Source of the DNA: a virus
Taxonomy: Duplodnaviria > Caudoviricetes
Length of the DNA: 64,000 nucleotides
Strand: one strand, 5' to 3'
Virus record (IMG/VR): IMGVR_UViG_3300049828_000292
Coordinates: 5,349-69,348 of that record
Part shown: positions 1 through 7,312 of the stretch, piece after piece
Layout: the number at the start of each line of letters is the position of its first letter
Position numbering within the stretch: the first letter of the stretch is position 1
The notes under the pieces: model-generated
What the model was told of the DNA's origin: nothing
What the model saw: only the letters and a program-made list of their open reading frames with translations
The model's database searches: none
Translations under genes and position numbers: made by a program

Positions 1-1
1 G

Positions 2-334
2 TCATGTGCGCCTCCCGCTGCCCTGGCAGTACGGGCACTCGGAGCCTTTCGGCTCGAACGTGCCGCGGCCGTGGCACTCGGGGCACTCGGTGGCCGCCAC
101 GCGGCGCTCGAGCTCCTCGAAGAGGCCGGCTTCCTTGACCGCGAAGACCGGCAGCTGTGCCAGCTGCCAGCTGTGCAGTCGATCGAAGAAGCCAGCGCCC
201 CACTTCTTGAGGCCGCACTCGACGTGGGCGTAGTGCCGCACGGCGTACTTGATCGGTGCGCCGAAGCGGGTGTCATGGCTCTCGCCGCAGATCCGGCAGG
301 TGCCGTTCGGCATCTTGCTGAAGAAGTCGTTCAT
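2..334 (-). CDS. small Zn-finger protein (N-terminal CxxC, C-terminal DnaJ-like CxxCxGxG pair)
   Basis: CRICGE...H, CPECHGRG and CPYCQGSG motifs; coupled by overlap to the upstream small genes. Confidence 0.75.
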   Translation of the reverse strand: MNDFFSKMPNGTCRICGESHDTRFGAPIKYAVRHYAHVECGLKKWGAGFFDRLHSWQLAQLPVFAVKEAGLFEELERRVAATECPECHGRGTFEPKGSECPYCQGSGRRT

Positions 335-543
335 GCTGTGCGCTCCTCTTTGTCCTGGTTGCGGAAGGGGGCCGGGGCGGCGGGCGGGTCGCTCAGCGCC
401 TGGCGCCGCTTGCGTTCTGCCTCGAGCTCACGGTCTCGCAGCAGCTCGTACATGCCCATGTTGTGTTTCGCCTGGCACAGCACGAGGAACTGGAAGTCCT
501 CGGACGTGCGCTCGCTGTACTCCTTGTCGCTCATGTGGCTCAT
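331..543 (-). CDS. hypothetical early protein
   Basis: ORF track; start/stop overlaps with both neighbours. Confidence 0.65.
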   Translation of the reverse strand: MSHMSDKEYSERTSEDFQFLVLCQAKHNMGMYELLRDRELEAERKRRQALSDPPAAPAPFRNQDKEERTA

Positions 544-773
544 GTCATCTCCTGGCCGGGGAACAGCCCGGCGTAAAGGGTGCGGCTGGCTCCGTCGACA
601 AAGTCGACGAGGGCGTACTCCCAGGCCCCGTCGGGCTTGCCTTCGGCAAACGATCGGACATAGATCCGGGTGCCGTCGCAGTAGCAGTGCATCGGCTGGC
701 CTTCGCGGTCAGCCCGGCGGCGGGCCTGAACCAGGCCTTCCTGGGCGGTGCGGGCTAGCACTTCGTTCGTCAT
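540..773 (-). CDS. hypothetical early protein
   Basis: ORF track; GGAGGC RBS before ATG. Confidence 0.7.
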   Translation of the reverse strand: MTNEVLARTAQEGLVQARRRADREGQPMHCYCDGTRIYVRSFAEGKPDGAWEYALVDFVDGASRTLYAGLFPGQEMT

Positions 774-922
774 GGGGCCTCCGTTTCGATGGCTTCATAG
801 AAGCCAGACTTCGCCCAGTCGCTCAGAACCATCTGCAGTTCCGACTCGTGGCAGCGGACCTCGTGAGTCACGCCGGTCTTCGCGTTGACGACATCGAAGA
901 TCAGCAGGTAGTCGCGTTTCAT
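770..922 (-). CDS. 50-aa hypothetical protein (MKRDYLLIFDVVNAKTG...ETEAP), not in ORF track
   Basis: Translated by hand; AAGGAGGC RBS; ATGA overlap with the next gene. Confidence 0.75.
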   Translation of the reverse strand: MKRDYLLIFDVVNAKTGVTHEVRCHESELQMVLSDWAKSGFYEAIETEAP

Positions 923-931
923 GGAGCCTCC

Positions 932-1213
932 TTAGCTGACGACTTGTTCGAGCTCGAGCGCTTCCGGGGAGGGCGTGCCGCCCGCCTTGCGGATGTTCTC
1001 GACGTGGTACTTGACGTCTTCGGTGTAGAGCCGGCGGACTTCGTCCGCCCCGTAGTCGCTCAGCGTGTTGTAGATGCTGAGCAGCTGGAAGCAGTCAGCG
1101 CAGCCGTTGTGATCCCAGCCAGCCGTCGCATTAGTCTTGCGGGCCGCTCGACCACAGAATGTGCACTTGAAGACGCCGCCTGCTGATCGGCGGAAGGTGT
1201 CGCGGTTTCTCAT
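932..1213 (-). CDS. first gene of leftward early operon, Cys-containing (CTFC...CADC) hypothetical protein
   Basis: Start re-called at 1213 from the GGAGGC RBS downstream of the sigma70 promoter. Confidence 0.75.
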   Translation of the reverse strand: MRNRDTFRRSAGGVFKCTFCGRAARKTNATAGWDHNGCADCFQLLSIYNTLSDYGADEVRRLYTEDVKYHVENIRKAGGTPSPEALELEQVVS

Positions 1214-1256
1214 CGGTTGCCTCCGGTGGGGGTCGGCGGGGTGCCGGCCTAAATTC

Positions 1257-1285
1257 AAGCTAGTCGGCTGCCGAACAGTTGTCAA
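1257..1285 (-). promoter_or_regulatory. sigma70 promoter for the leftward early operon
   Basis: Minus strand TTGACA-17 nt-TAGCTT; spacer contains the inverted repeat TCGGC-T-GCCGA (1264-1274). Confidence 0.8.
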
Positions 1286-1322
1286 GAATTATTTTGCATC
1301 CCGTAGGGATGGGGAGGTCGCA

Positions 1323-1589
1323 GTGCCAGTATTGAAGATGGACGGCTTCGACGAGGCCTTGATCGGCAGGGCAGAGCCCTGGGACACCTCCGGCTCTCGG
1401 CCGGCCCGCCTGGTGTACGACGGGCTCAAGATTGTTGACGCCCTGGTGGCTCAGGGCATGAGCGAGGACGAGGCGGTCGAGTACATCGAGTTCAACATGG
1501 AAAGCGCCTATGTCGGGCCGCACACGCCCATCATCGTCTGGCCGATGACGATGGACACGGTCGACGAGATCGCTGACATGGATGACTGA
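1323..1589 (+). CDS. conserved phage hypothetical protein (DGFDEALIG...EAVEYIEFN..AYVG..TP family)
   Basis: GGGGAGG RBS then GTG at 1323; motif pattern familiar from uncultured phages. Confidence 0.75.
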   Translation: MPVLKMDGFDEALIGRAEPWDTSGSRPARLVYDGLKIVDALVAQGMSEDEAVEYIEFNMESAYVGPHTPIIVWPMTMDTVDEIADMDD

Positions 1590-1908
1590 GCGCGACGAGT
1601 GGATCGTGTACTGGCGCAGCGCAGGAATGCCGCGCGCCGCGATCGCTCGTGCGTTCAATCTATCGCGGGCTCGCGTGGATCAGGTGGTCAATGCCGACCT
1701 GGCCGCGCGCCGGCGCCAGCTGGGCGTGCTGCAGCGCGCGCTCAAGGAAGGCTCTCCAGGCCTGCGGGGGTGCCTCATCGCGCTAGCGATGGGCTACGAA
1801 CAGAACAGCGGATCGCCGGGGGAACCCGTGAGCGCCGCCAGCCGGCAGCCTGCGGGCACGTCGGCTCCATTGCGTCAAGGGGCCATTGAGGCCCCTTTTC
1901 GGGGCTAA
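1582..1908 (+). CDS. HTH DNA-binding protein (sigma region-4-like)
   Basis: GMPRAAIARAFNLSRARVDQV helix-turn-helix pattern. Confidence 0.65.
   Translation: MTERDEWIVYWRSAGMPRAAIARAFNLSRARVDQVVNADLAARRRQLGVLQRALKEGSPGLRGCLIALAMGYEQNSGSPGEPVSAASRQPAGTSAPLRQGAIEAPFRG
1877..1899 (+). terminator. terminator-like hairpin before terS
   Basis: AAGGGGCC-ATTGA-GGCCCCTT followed by TT; part of an alternating GGGGC/GCCCC array. Confidence 0.45.
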
Positions 1909-1928
1909 TTGCCCCACATGCCCAGGGG

Positions 1929-1937
1929 TGTGGATAA
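1929..1937 (-). promoter_or_regulatory. perfect DnaA box (TTATCCACA)
   Basis: Plus strand TGTGGATAA is the exact reverse complement of the R-type consensus. Confidence 0.7.
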
Positions 1938-1949
1938 TCCGCTGTGAAT

Positions 1950-1965
1950 TGTTTCATGTGGAACA
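1950..1965. promoter_or_regulatory. bacterial chromosomal-type parS site
   Basis: TGTTTCATGTGGAACA; reverse complement TGTTCCACATGAAACA is one mismatch from TGTTCCACGTGAAACA. Confidence 0.7.
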
Positions 1966-1998
1966 TCGACTCAAGTGTCTGATTTCTAAGGAGCACCT

Positions 1999-2526
1999 AT
2001 GGCTGCCACCCCTGAAAAGGCCGGCGCGGACAAGGTCAAGGGCAGGCCAGGTCGCCCCAGCAAGTTCACCGAGGCGATCGCCGCTGAAATCTGCAAGCGC
2101 ATGTCAGAGGGCGAAACCCTGCGCGCTATCTGCCGCGATGAGCACATGCCAGCCTGGCAGACCGTGTACGACTGGATGAGCGACGACCGGCATGTCGAGT
2201 TTTCCAGACGGGTCGCGCGCGCGCGTGTGCTGGGGTACGACGCGATCGCGGAGGAAACGCTCGAGATCCTGGATGAGCGGCCCGAGTACGCCACGAGCGA
2301 GGGTGGCTCGAGGGTGGACACGGGCTATGTGGCCTGGCAGAAGAACCGGGCTGAGCAGCGCATGAAGCTGCTGGCCTGCTGGGACTCGAGGCGGTACGGC
2401 GTGAAGACGTCGACTGAGCTGACCGGGGCCGGTGGCGGGCCGATCGCCGTGGCAGCTACGCTGCAGGCTGCCCCTGACCTGGAGCTGGTGCGGCAGAAGA
2501 TTCGCGATCGCAAGGCGGCGAAGTGA
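1999..2526 (+). CDS. terS: terminase small subunit (Sf6/P22-like)
   Basis: GRPSKFTEAIAAEICKRMSEGETLRAIC...P...TVYDW HTH pattern; upstream of terL. Confidence 0.85.
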   Translation: MAATPEKAGADKVKGRPGRPSKFTEAIAAEICKRMSEGETLRAICRDEHMPAWQTVYDWMSDDRHVEFSRRVARARVLGYDAIAEETLEILDERPEYATSEGGSRVDTGYVAWQKNRAEQRMKLLACWDSRRYGVKTSTELTGAGGGPIAVAATLQAAPDLELVRQKIRDRKAAK

Positions 2527-2798
2527 CCGTGCAGACTGCGCCGCTGCAGCTGTCGCAGCGCCTCGAGCCGCCCTGTCTCAAGCGCTTCGAGCTGGGTCGC
2601 ATGGCCGGAAACAACGGCTACCTGCTGGCGCGGCGCATCGATGGCATCGTGTTCGTGGTGGAGATGCCTGACAAGCTGGTGGCTCTGCGCGGCATCCTGG
2701 ACTGCTGCAGGCACGCCAGGGTGCTGATTGAGGAGATGGTGCGGCAGCGTCGGCTGCGCTTGCTGAACGAGCCCAGCCCCTCGAGGTGGGCGCATTGA
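2523..2798 (+). CDS. hypothetical protein between terS and terL
   Basis: ORF coupled at both ends. Confidence 0.65.
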   Translation: MTVQTAPLQLSQRLEPPCLKRFELGRMAGNNGYLLARRIDGIVFVVEMPDKLVALRGILDCCRHARVLIEEMVRQRRLRLLNEPSPSRWAH

Positions 2799-4459
2799 GC
2801 GCGGCGCCGACCGACCAGGAGCTGCGGGCCCTGATCCGCAGCCAGGTGCTGGACGCTGACTTCGACATCGTCGGCGACATCTGGGCGGACATCATCGACG
2901 CCTACGGCGTCCAGGGCGAGCGCTGCCTGGGCCTCGAGGATCGCTTCTACCTGGTGACGGTGCTGTGCGGCCGCATCGATCTGCTCCACGAGTGGCTGTA
3001 CGCGCGCTGCAGAGAAGTGGAGCGTGAGCCTGACGGCTACCTCGACCTGTGGGCGCGCGAACATGGGAAGAGCTCGCTGATCACCTTCGCGGGCTGCGTG
3101 CAGGAGATCCTGCGCGACCCGGAGATCACGATCTGCATCTTCAGTCACACCTTCGGTGTGGCGAAGGACTTCCTGAACCAGATCAAGCTGGAGTTCGAGC
3201 GCAACATCAAGCTGCAGAACCTCTACCCCGAGGTGCTGTACGCGGACCCGAAGAGCCAGGCCACGCGCTGGTCGATCGATGGCGGGATCGTGGTCAAGCG
3301 CAAGGGCAACCCGAAGGAGCCCACCTTGATGGCGAGCGGGCTGGTGGATCACATGCCCACCGGCGCTCACTTCGCACTCAGGGTCTACGACGACACGGTC
3401 ACGCCCGAGTCAGTGACGACGCCAGAGCAGATCCAGAAGACCACCAGCGCCTGGTCGCTCTCCGACAACCTGGCGGCTCGAGGGGCGGACGGTCACTCGA
3501 GGGCCTGGCACATCGGGACCAGGTACAGCTTCGCTGATACCTACCAGGCGATGCTGGACATGGGCGCGGTGAAACCGCGGATCTACCCGGCCACCGACGA
3601 CGGCACCATGACCGGGAAGCTGGTGCTCATGTCCCAGGAAGCCTGGGACAAGAAGATGACGACGCAGCTGCCGGCCATCATCGCCTGCCAGCTGCTGCTG
3701 AACCCGGCGGCCGGCAACGAGGCGACCTTCAAGTCGGAGTGGCTCCGCTATGCGGAGATCCGGCCGGCCACGCTGAACGTCTACATCATGGTCGACCCGG
3801 CTTCCGCCTCGAGGAAGAAGGGCACGGACAGCACGGCGATGGCCGTGGTCGGCATCGACGCGCAGCGCAACAAGTACCTGCTCGACGGGCATCGATGCAA
3901 GATGAACCTCAAGCAGCGCTGGGACAACATGCGCGCGCTCAGGCGCAAGTGGCTCGAGGTGCCAGGGGTCCAGATGGTGCGCGTGGGCTACGAGCGCTAC
4001 GGCATGGACAGCGACCTCGAGTATTTCGAGGAACGCATGCTCATCGACAAGGACGCGTTCGAGGTGGTGGAGCTGGCCTGGCCGCGGGAAGGCCCGGGCT
4101 CGAAGTTCGATCGCGTGCAACGGCTGGGCCCGGATTTCATGCAGGGACGCTTCTTCCTCGCTAAGCTCTGCACCCGGGAGGAGGGCGGCAAGGTGGTCGA
4201 ATACGAGACCAGCGATCAGACGCGGATGCGCGAGCTGGGACAGTCGTTCCGGATCTTCAAGCCACCGCGCCAGCGCGACCATAACAATCGCGTGTACTCG
4301 CTCAACAAGGCCTTCCTCGAGGAGTTCTTAGTCTTCCCGTTCGCGCCGCACGATGACCTGATCGACGCGACGAGCCGTATCTACGACATGGATCCAGTGC
4401 CGCCGGTGATCATCGACGAGGGCGCGCTTGAGCCTGAGACCTTCAACGACGGGGCATAG
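2786..4459 (+). CDS. terL: terminase large subunit
   Basis: Walker A-like REHGKS, YDD Walker B, RNaseH-like VDPA...DSTA and FP...HDDLIDA motifs; true start may be TTG 2795. Confidence 0.92.
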   Translation: MGALSAAPTDQELRALIRSQVLDADFDIVGDIWADIIDAYGVQGERCLGLEDRFYLVTVLCGRIDLLHEWLYARCREVEREPDGYLDLWAREHGKSSLITFAGCVQEILRDPEITICIFSHTFGVAKDFLNQIKLEFERNIKLQNLYPEVLYADPKSQATRWSIDGGIVVKRKGNPKEPTLMASGLVDHMPTGAHFALRVYDDTVTPESVTTPEQIQKTTSAWSLSDNLAARGADGHSRAWHIGTRYSFADTYQAMLDMGAVKPRIYPATDDGTMTGKLVLMSQEAWDKKMTTQLPAIIACQLLLNPAAGNEATFKSEWLRYAEIRPATLNVYIMVDPASASRKKGTDSTAMAVVGIDAQRNKYLLDGHRCKMNLKQRWDNMRALRRKWLEVPGVQMVRVGYERYGMDSDLEYFEERMLIDKDAFEVVELAWPREGPGSKFDRVQRLGPDFMQGRFFLAKLCTREEGGKVVEYETSDQTRMRELGQSFRIFKPPRQRDHNNRVYSLNKAFLEEFLVFPFAPHDDLIDATSRIYDMDPVPPVIIDEGALEPETFNDGA

Positions 4460-5032
4460 ATGGATCGCTACGAGGCAACGCATGCGGGATTCCAGCGCGA
4501 CCTGAAGGCCAGTGAGCCGGCCAGGCAAGCGATCGGCGAGCACCTACGGTGCAGCGGTCGCTTCACTGACGTCTACCTGCCGCCCCTGGTGGTGGCAGAG
4601 CGGCGAGCCGATGCTCACAAGTGCCGGGATCACGGCGACATCATCGGCACGTTGCCGGATGGTCGGCGCATCCGCTACGAGGTGAAGCACGCGAAGAAGC
4701 TCGAGTTCACGGGCCCGGGCGATTACAAGTACCCCTCGGTGCTGGTGGTCACGCGCTACAAGCATGACGACGCGATGCTCGAGGACGAGCTCAAGCCGTT
4801 CGCCTACTACATCGTCAACAAGGCGCTCACGCACTACGCGGTGGTGCCGGTCAGCACGCAACCGCAGTGGAAGGTCCGAGTCACGGGGGACCAGGACGGC
4901 AACAACCAGGAGCGCTACTTCGCGGACAAGAGGCTGTGCACCTGGCGATCGATGGGCATCACGCAGTCGAACAAGGACTGGATCGCGGACTACGAGGCCG
5001 AAGAGGCCCGGCAGCGCGGGGGAGCGCAATGA
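4460..5032 (+). CDS. PD-(D/E)XK-type nuclease
   Basis: DHGDII...YEVKH catalytic-type motif. Confidence 0.6.
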   Translation: MDRYEATHAGFQRDLKASEPARQAIGEHLRCSGRFTDVYLPPLVVAERRADAHKCRDHGDIIGTLPDGRRIRYEVKHAKKLEFTGPGDYKYPSVLVVTRYKHDDAMLEDELKPFAYYIVNKALTHYAVVPVSTQPQWKVRVTGDQDGNNQERYFADKRLCTWRSMGITQSNKDWIADYEAEEARQRGGAQ

Positions 5033-5664
5033 AACGCCTGGTGCTCGCTCTCCTGCTGCTGCCAGCTCTGGCCTTCGGCCAGGTCACGCCGTCCTGCTAC
5101 CCCTGGCTCGACCCGACCACGGCCTATCCGCCGCGCTTCCCTCTGGCGCTGTATCACTCGCAGGGCATGGCGCTGTACTGGTACTGCTGGGATGGCGCGA
5201 AGTGGACTGGCGTGTTCCGCTCCCTGCCGGCCGCGGCGATCCCGGCGATCGTCGAGAAGTCAGGCCAGGCCACGCTTGACGTGGCGATCGGCAAGGCGGT
5301 GAGCGAGATCGTGAACGCCCCTGATCCGCGAGCGAAGCTGAACGAGATCACAGCGTTCTATGCGGGTGCGCCCAGCTGTGCCGAGGCGATCGCCACTGGG
5401 GCGGTGGACAAGCCGCTGTGCGAGGCGATCTTCGCTGCAATGGCAGCGAACGTGCCGCAGTCGCGCTCGCTCTACTTCGTAGCCGGCACTGGCGATCGAC
5501 CGACCTACGCCCCGATGGGAGGCGCTCTGCGCTACCCGGCGAACGGGACGGTCGCAGCGGGCACGGCGTGCAACTGCAACATCAGCGTGGGCAAGGATCC
5601 GTACCGCTACTGCAGCGTGAACGGGCGCTCTGACACGCTGGCCCTGTGCAAGGTGAAGCCGTGA
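5029..5664 (+). CDS. exported Cys-rich protein with Sec signal peptide
   Basis: Start re-called at ATG 5029: MKRLVLALLLLPALAFGQ; multiple Cys. Confidence 0.7.
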   Translation: MKRLVLALLLLPALAFGQVTPSCYPWLDPTTAYPPRFPLALYHSQGMALYWYCWDGAKWTGVFRSLPAAAIPAIVEKSGQATLDVAIGKAVSEIVNAPDPRAKLNEITAFYAGAPSCAEAIATGAVDKPLCEAIFAAMAANVPQSRSLYFVAGTGDRPTYAPMGGALRYPANGTVAAGTACNCNISVGKDPYRYCSVNGRSDTLALCKVKP

Positions 5665-6002
5665 GACCCCTGACCTACATGGAGCGCATCAACGCCCTCG
5701 AGAGCCGCGTGAGCGAGCTCGAGCGCCAGCTGCGTGAGATGGGAGTGCAGCGACGCATCCCGGAGCGGTTCCTGCGATCGAAGGTCGACGCGCCGTACGA
5801 CGGCCTCGAGCAAGCCGCCCCGCCGATCATGCCGATGCCGCGGGCGAAGCTGCATGTGAACTGGTCGAACCCCTACATCCTGGACACCCAGGCGAAGGTC
5901 GACTGGGCGAACCACCACATCACTGACGGGTATGTGCCCTGGAAGCTGGGCGATGCCTGCCCGTTCGAGCCACCGAAGGAGCTGAGCGATGGCGACAAGT
6001 AG
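5661..6002 (+). CDS. hypothetical protein
   Basis: GTGA overlap with upstream stop; short coiled coil. Confidence 0.65.
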   Translation: MRPLTYMERINALESRVSELERQLREMGVQRRIPERFLRSKVDAPYDGLEQAAPPIMPMPRAKLHVNWSNPYILDTQAKVDWANHHITDGYVPWKLGDACPFEPPKELSDGDK

Positions 6003-6222
6003 CGATCAACGCGTGACCACGAGCACGGTGCTGTGGGGCGACGTCTGCCAGGCGGTGGACCCGGATCCCGGCACGCCGTATCCGATCTACACCTTCGGTG
6101 GCCGCAAGGAGTTCGTGGAGCCGTACCGCAGCCCGGTGGCGCCTGTCGTCGAAGACGACCTGGTCGCTGACGACAGCGACTACTTCCTGGTCACGAGCGG
6201 CAACCAGCGCATCGGAGTCTGA
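5989..6222 (+). CDS. hypothetical protein
   Basis: ORF track; GGAG RBS. Confidence 0.65.
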   Translation: MATSSDQRVTTSTVLWGDVCQAVDPDPGTPYPIYTFGGRKEFVEPYRSPVAPVVEDDLVADDSDYFLVTSGNQRIGV

Positions 6223-6224
6223 GC

Positions 6225-6785
6225 ATGCCGAACATCAAGGTCTCATCCCTGCCTGACGCGAGCGCGATGACCGGCGACGAGCTGGTGCATGTCGTCCAGG
6301 CTGGGGTCAGCAAGAAGGTGCCGGCCTCGCAGATCGTGCGGCGTGACCATGCTGCGATCTTCGTCTACGACGGGGTCTATGCGCAGTCGGTGGCGAACGG
6401 CTCGACGCCAGCGAAGCTGCTGCACTTTGCCCAGGCGGGCGGTGCGGCGAGCCATGCCGATGGCATGGTGGCTGATCACCTGAACAACCAGCTGATCGCG
6501 GGGGCGGACGGGCACTACCTGGTGCACTACACGCTCTCGTACACCTGCGGCCAGAACAACGTGACGTGGGAGGCCTATGCCTTCGCGAACGGGATCCAGG
6601 CGCAGGCCAGTGGTGCGATGAGCAAGCTCTCCACGGGAGCGGACACGCAGTGCATCAGTGGCGTGGCGATCGTGGAGATGGAGCAGGGCCAGGCGCTGGA
6701 TCTGCGGATGTACCACAACTACGGCGCGCCGGTGAACCTGACCGTGAGTCACGCCTCGCTGGTCGCCCTCTTCCTGCATGACTGA
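6225..6785 (+). CDS. virion decoration/fibre-like protein with C1q/BclA-like beta-sandwich
   Basis: N-terminal KVSSLPDA...GDELV.VVQAG.SKK fibre-anchor motif; G.YLVHY.L...ISG.AIV.M..GQ.LDL C1q-like pattern. Confidence 0.55.
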   Translation: MPNIKVSSLPDASAMTGDELVHVVQAGVSKKVPASQIVRRDHAAIFVYDGVYAQSVANGSTPAKLLHFAQAGGAASHADGMVADHLNNQLIAGADGHYLVHYTLSYTCGQNNVTWEAYAFANGIQAQASGAMSKLSTGADTQCISGVAIVEMEQGQALDLRMYHNYGAPVNLTVSHASLVALFLHD

Positions 6786-6786
6786 G

Positions 6787-6936
6787 ATGCCGCTGCCGCC
6801 GATCGATGAAGAGGATGAGTACCTCGGGCTGCCGCTGCCGATCCAGATGCGCTACACGAAGCAGCAGTGGCTCTGGCTCAGCGATGCTGAGAAGGCCCGG
6901 CTGATGGACAACGAGACCGAACCGGACCCCGAATGA
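6787..6936 (+). CDS. 49-aa hypothetical protein (MPLPPIDEEDEYLGLP...), not in ORF track
   Basis: Translated by hand; fills the gap and has an ATGA overlap with the next gene. Confidence 0.65.
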   Translation: MPLPPIDEEDEYLGLPLPIQMRYTKQQWLWLSDAEKARLMDNETEPDPE

Positions 6937-7310
6937 GCCAGATCATCCAGACCATCGGCGACAACGAGGAGCACCTCGCTGCCGAGAACCAGATCGATGC
7001 GAACGACCTGCTTCTAGCGAAGCAGATCGCCGATGTGCTGATGCGGCACTACCCGGGCCACGCCTGGCTGGTCAACGTCGACGGCAAGCAGGGCGTGGCG
7101 AACATCAAGAACGGCCTGATGAGTGGGCTGCACGGCTACCGGCTGATCCTGCCCGACGTGATCAGTTCCACCGACCTGGATCACAAGGTGATGAAGGCCG
7201 GCGGCGAGATCCTCGAGCGGTTCAATACGCCTCGGGGTCGCTTCGACGGTGAGCAGTGGGCGGGTCTGCCAGTGACGGCAGCCGGCACGCCGTTATTCCA
7301 GAAGGATTGA
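6933..7310 (+). CDS. conserved hypothetical protein upstream of portal
   Basis: ORF track; typical codon usage. Confidence 0.75.
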   Translation: MSQIIQTIGDNEEHLAAENQIDANDLLLAKQIADVLMRHYPGHAWLVNVDGKQGVANIKNGLMSGLHGYRLILPDVISSTDLDHKVMKAGGEILERFNTPRGRFDGEQWAGLPVTAAGTPLFQKD

Positions 7311-7312
7311 GC

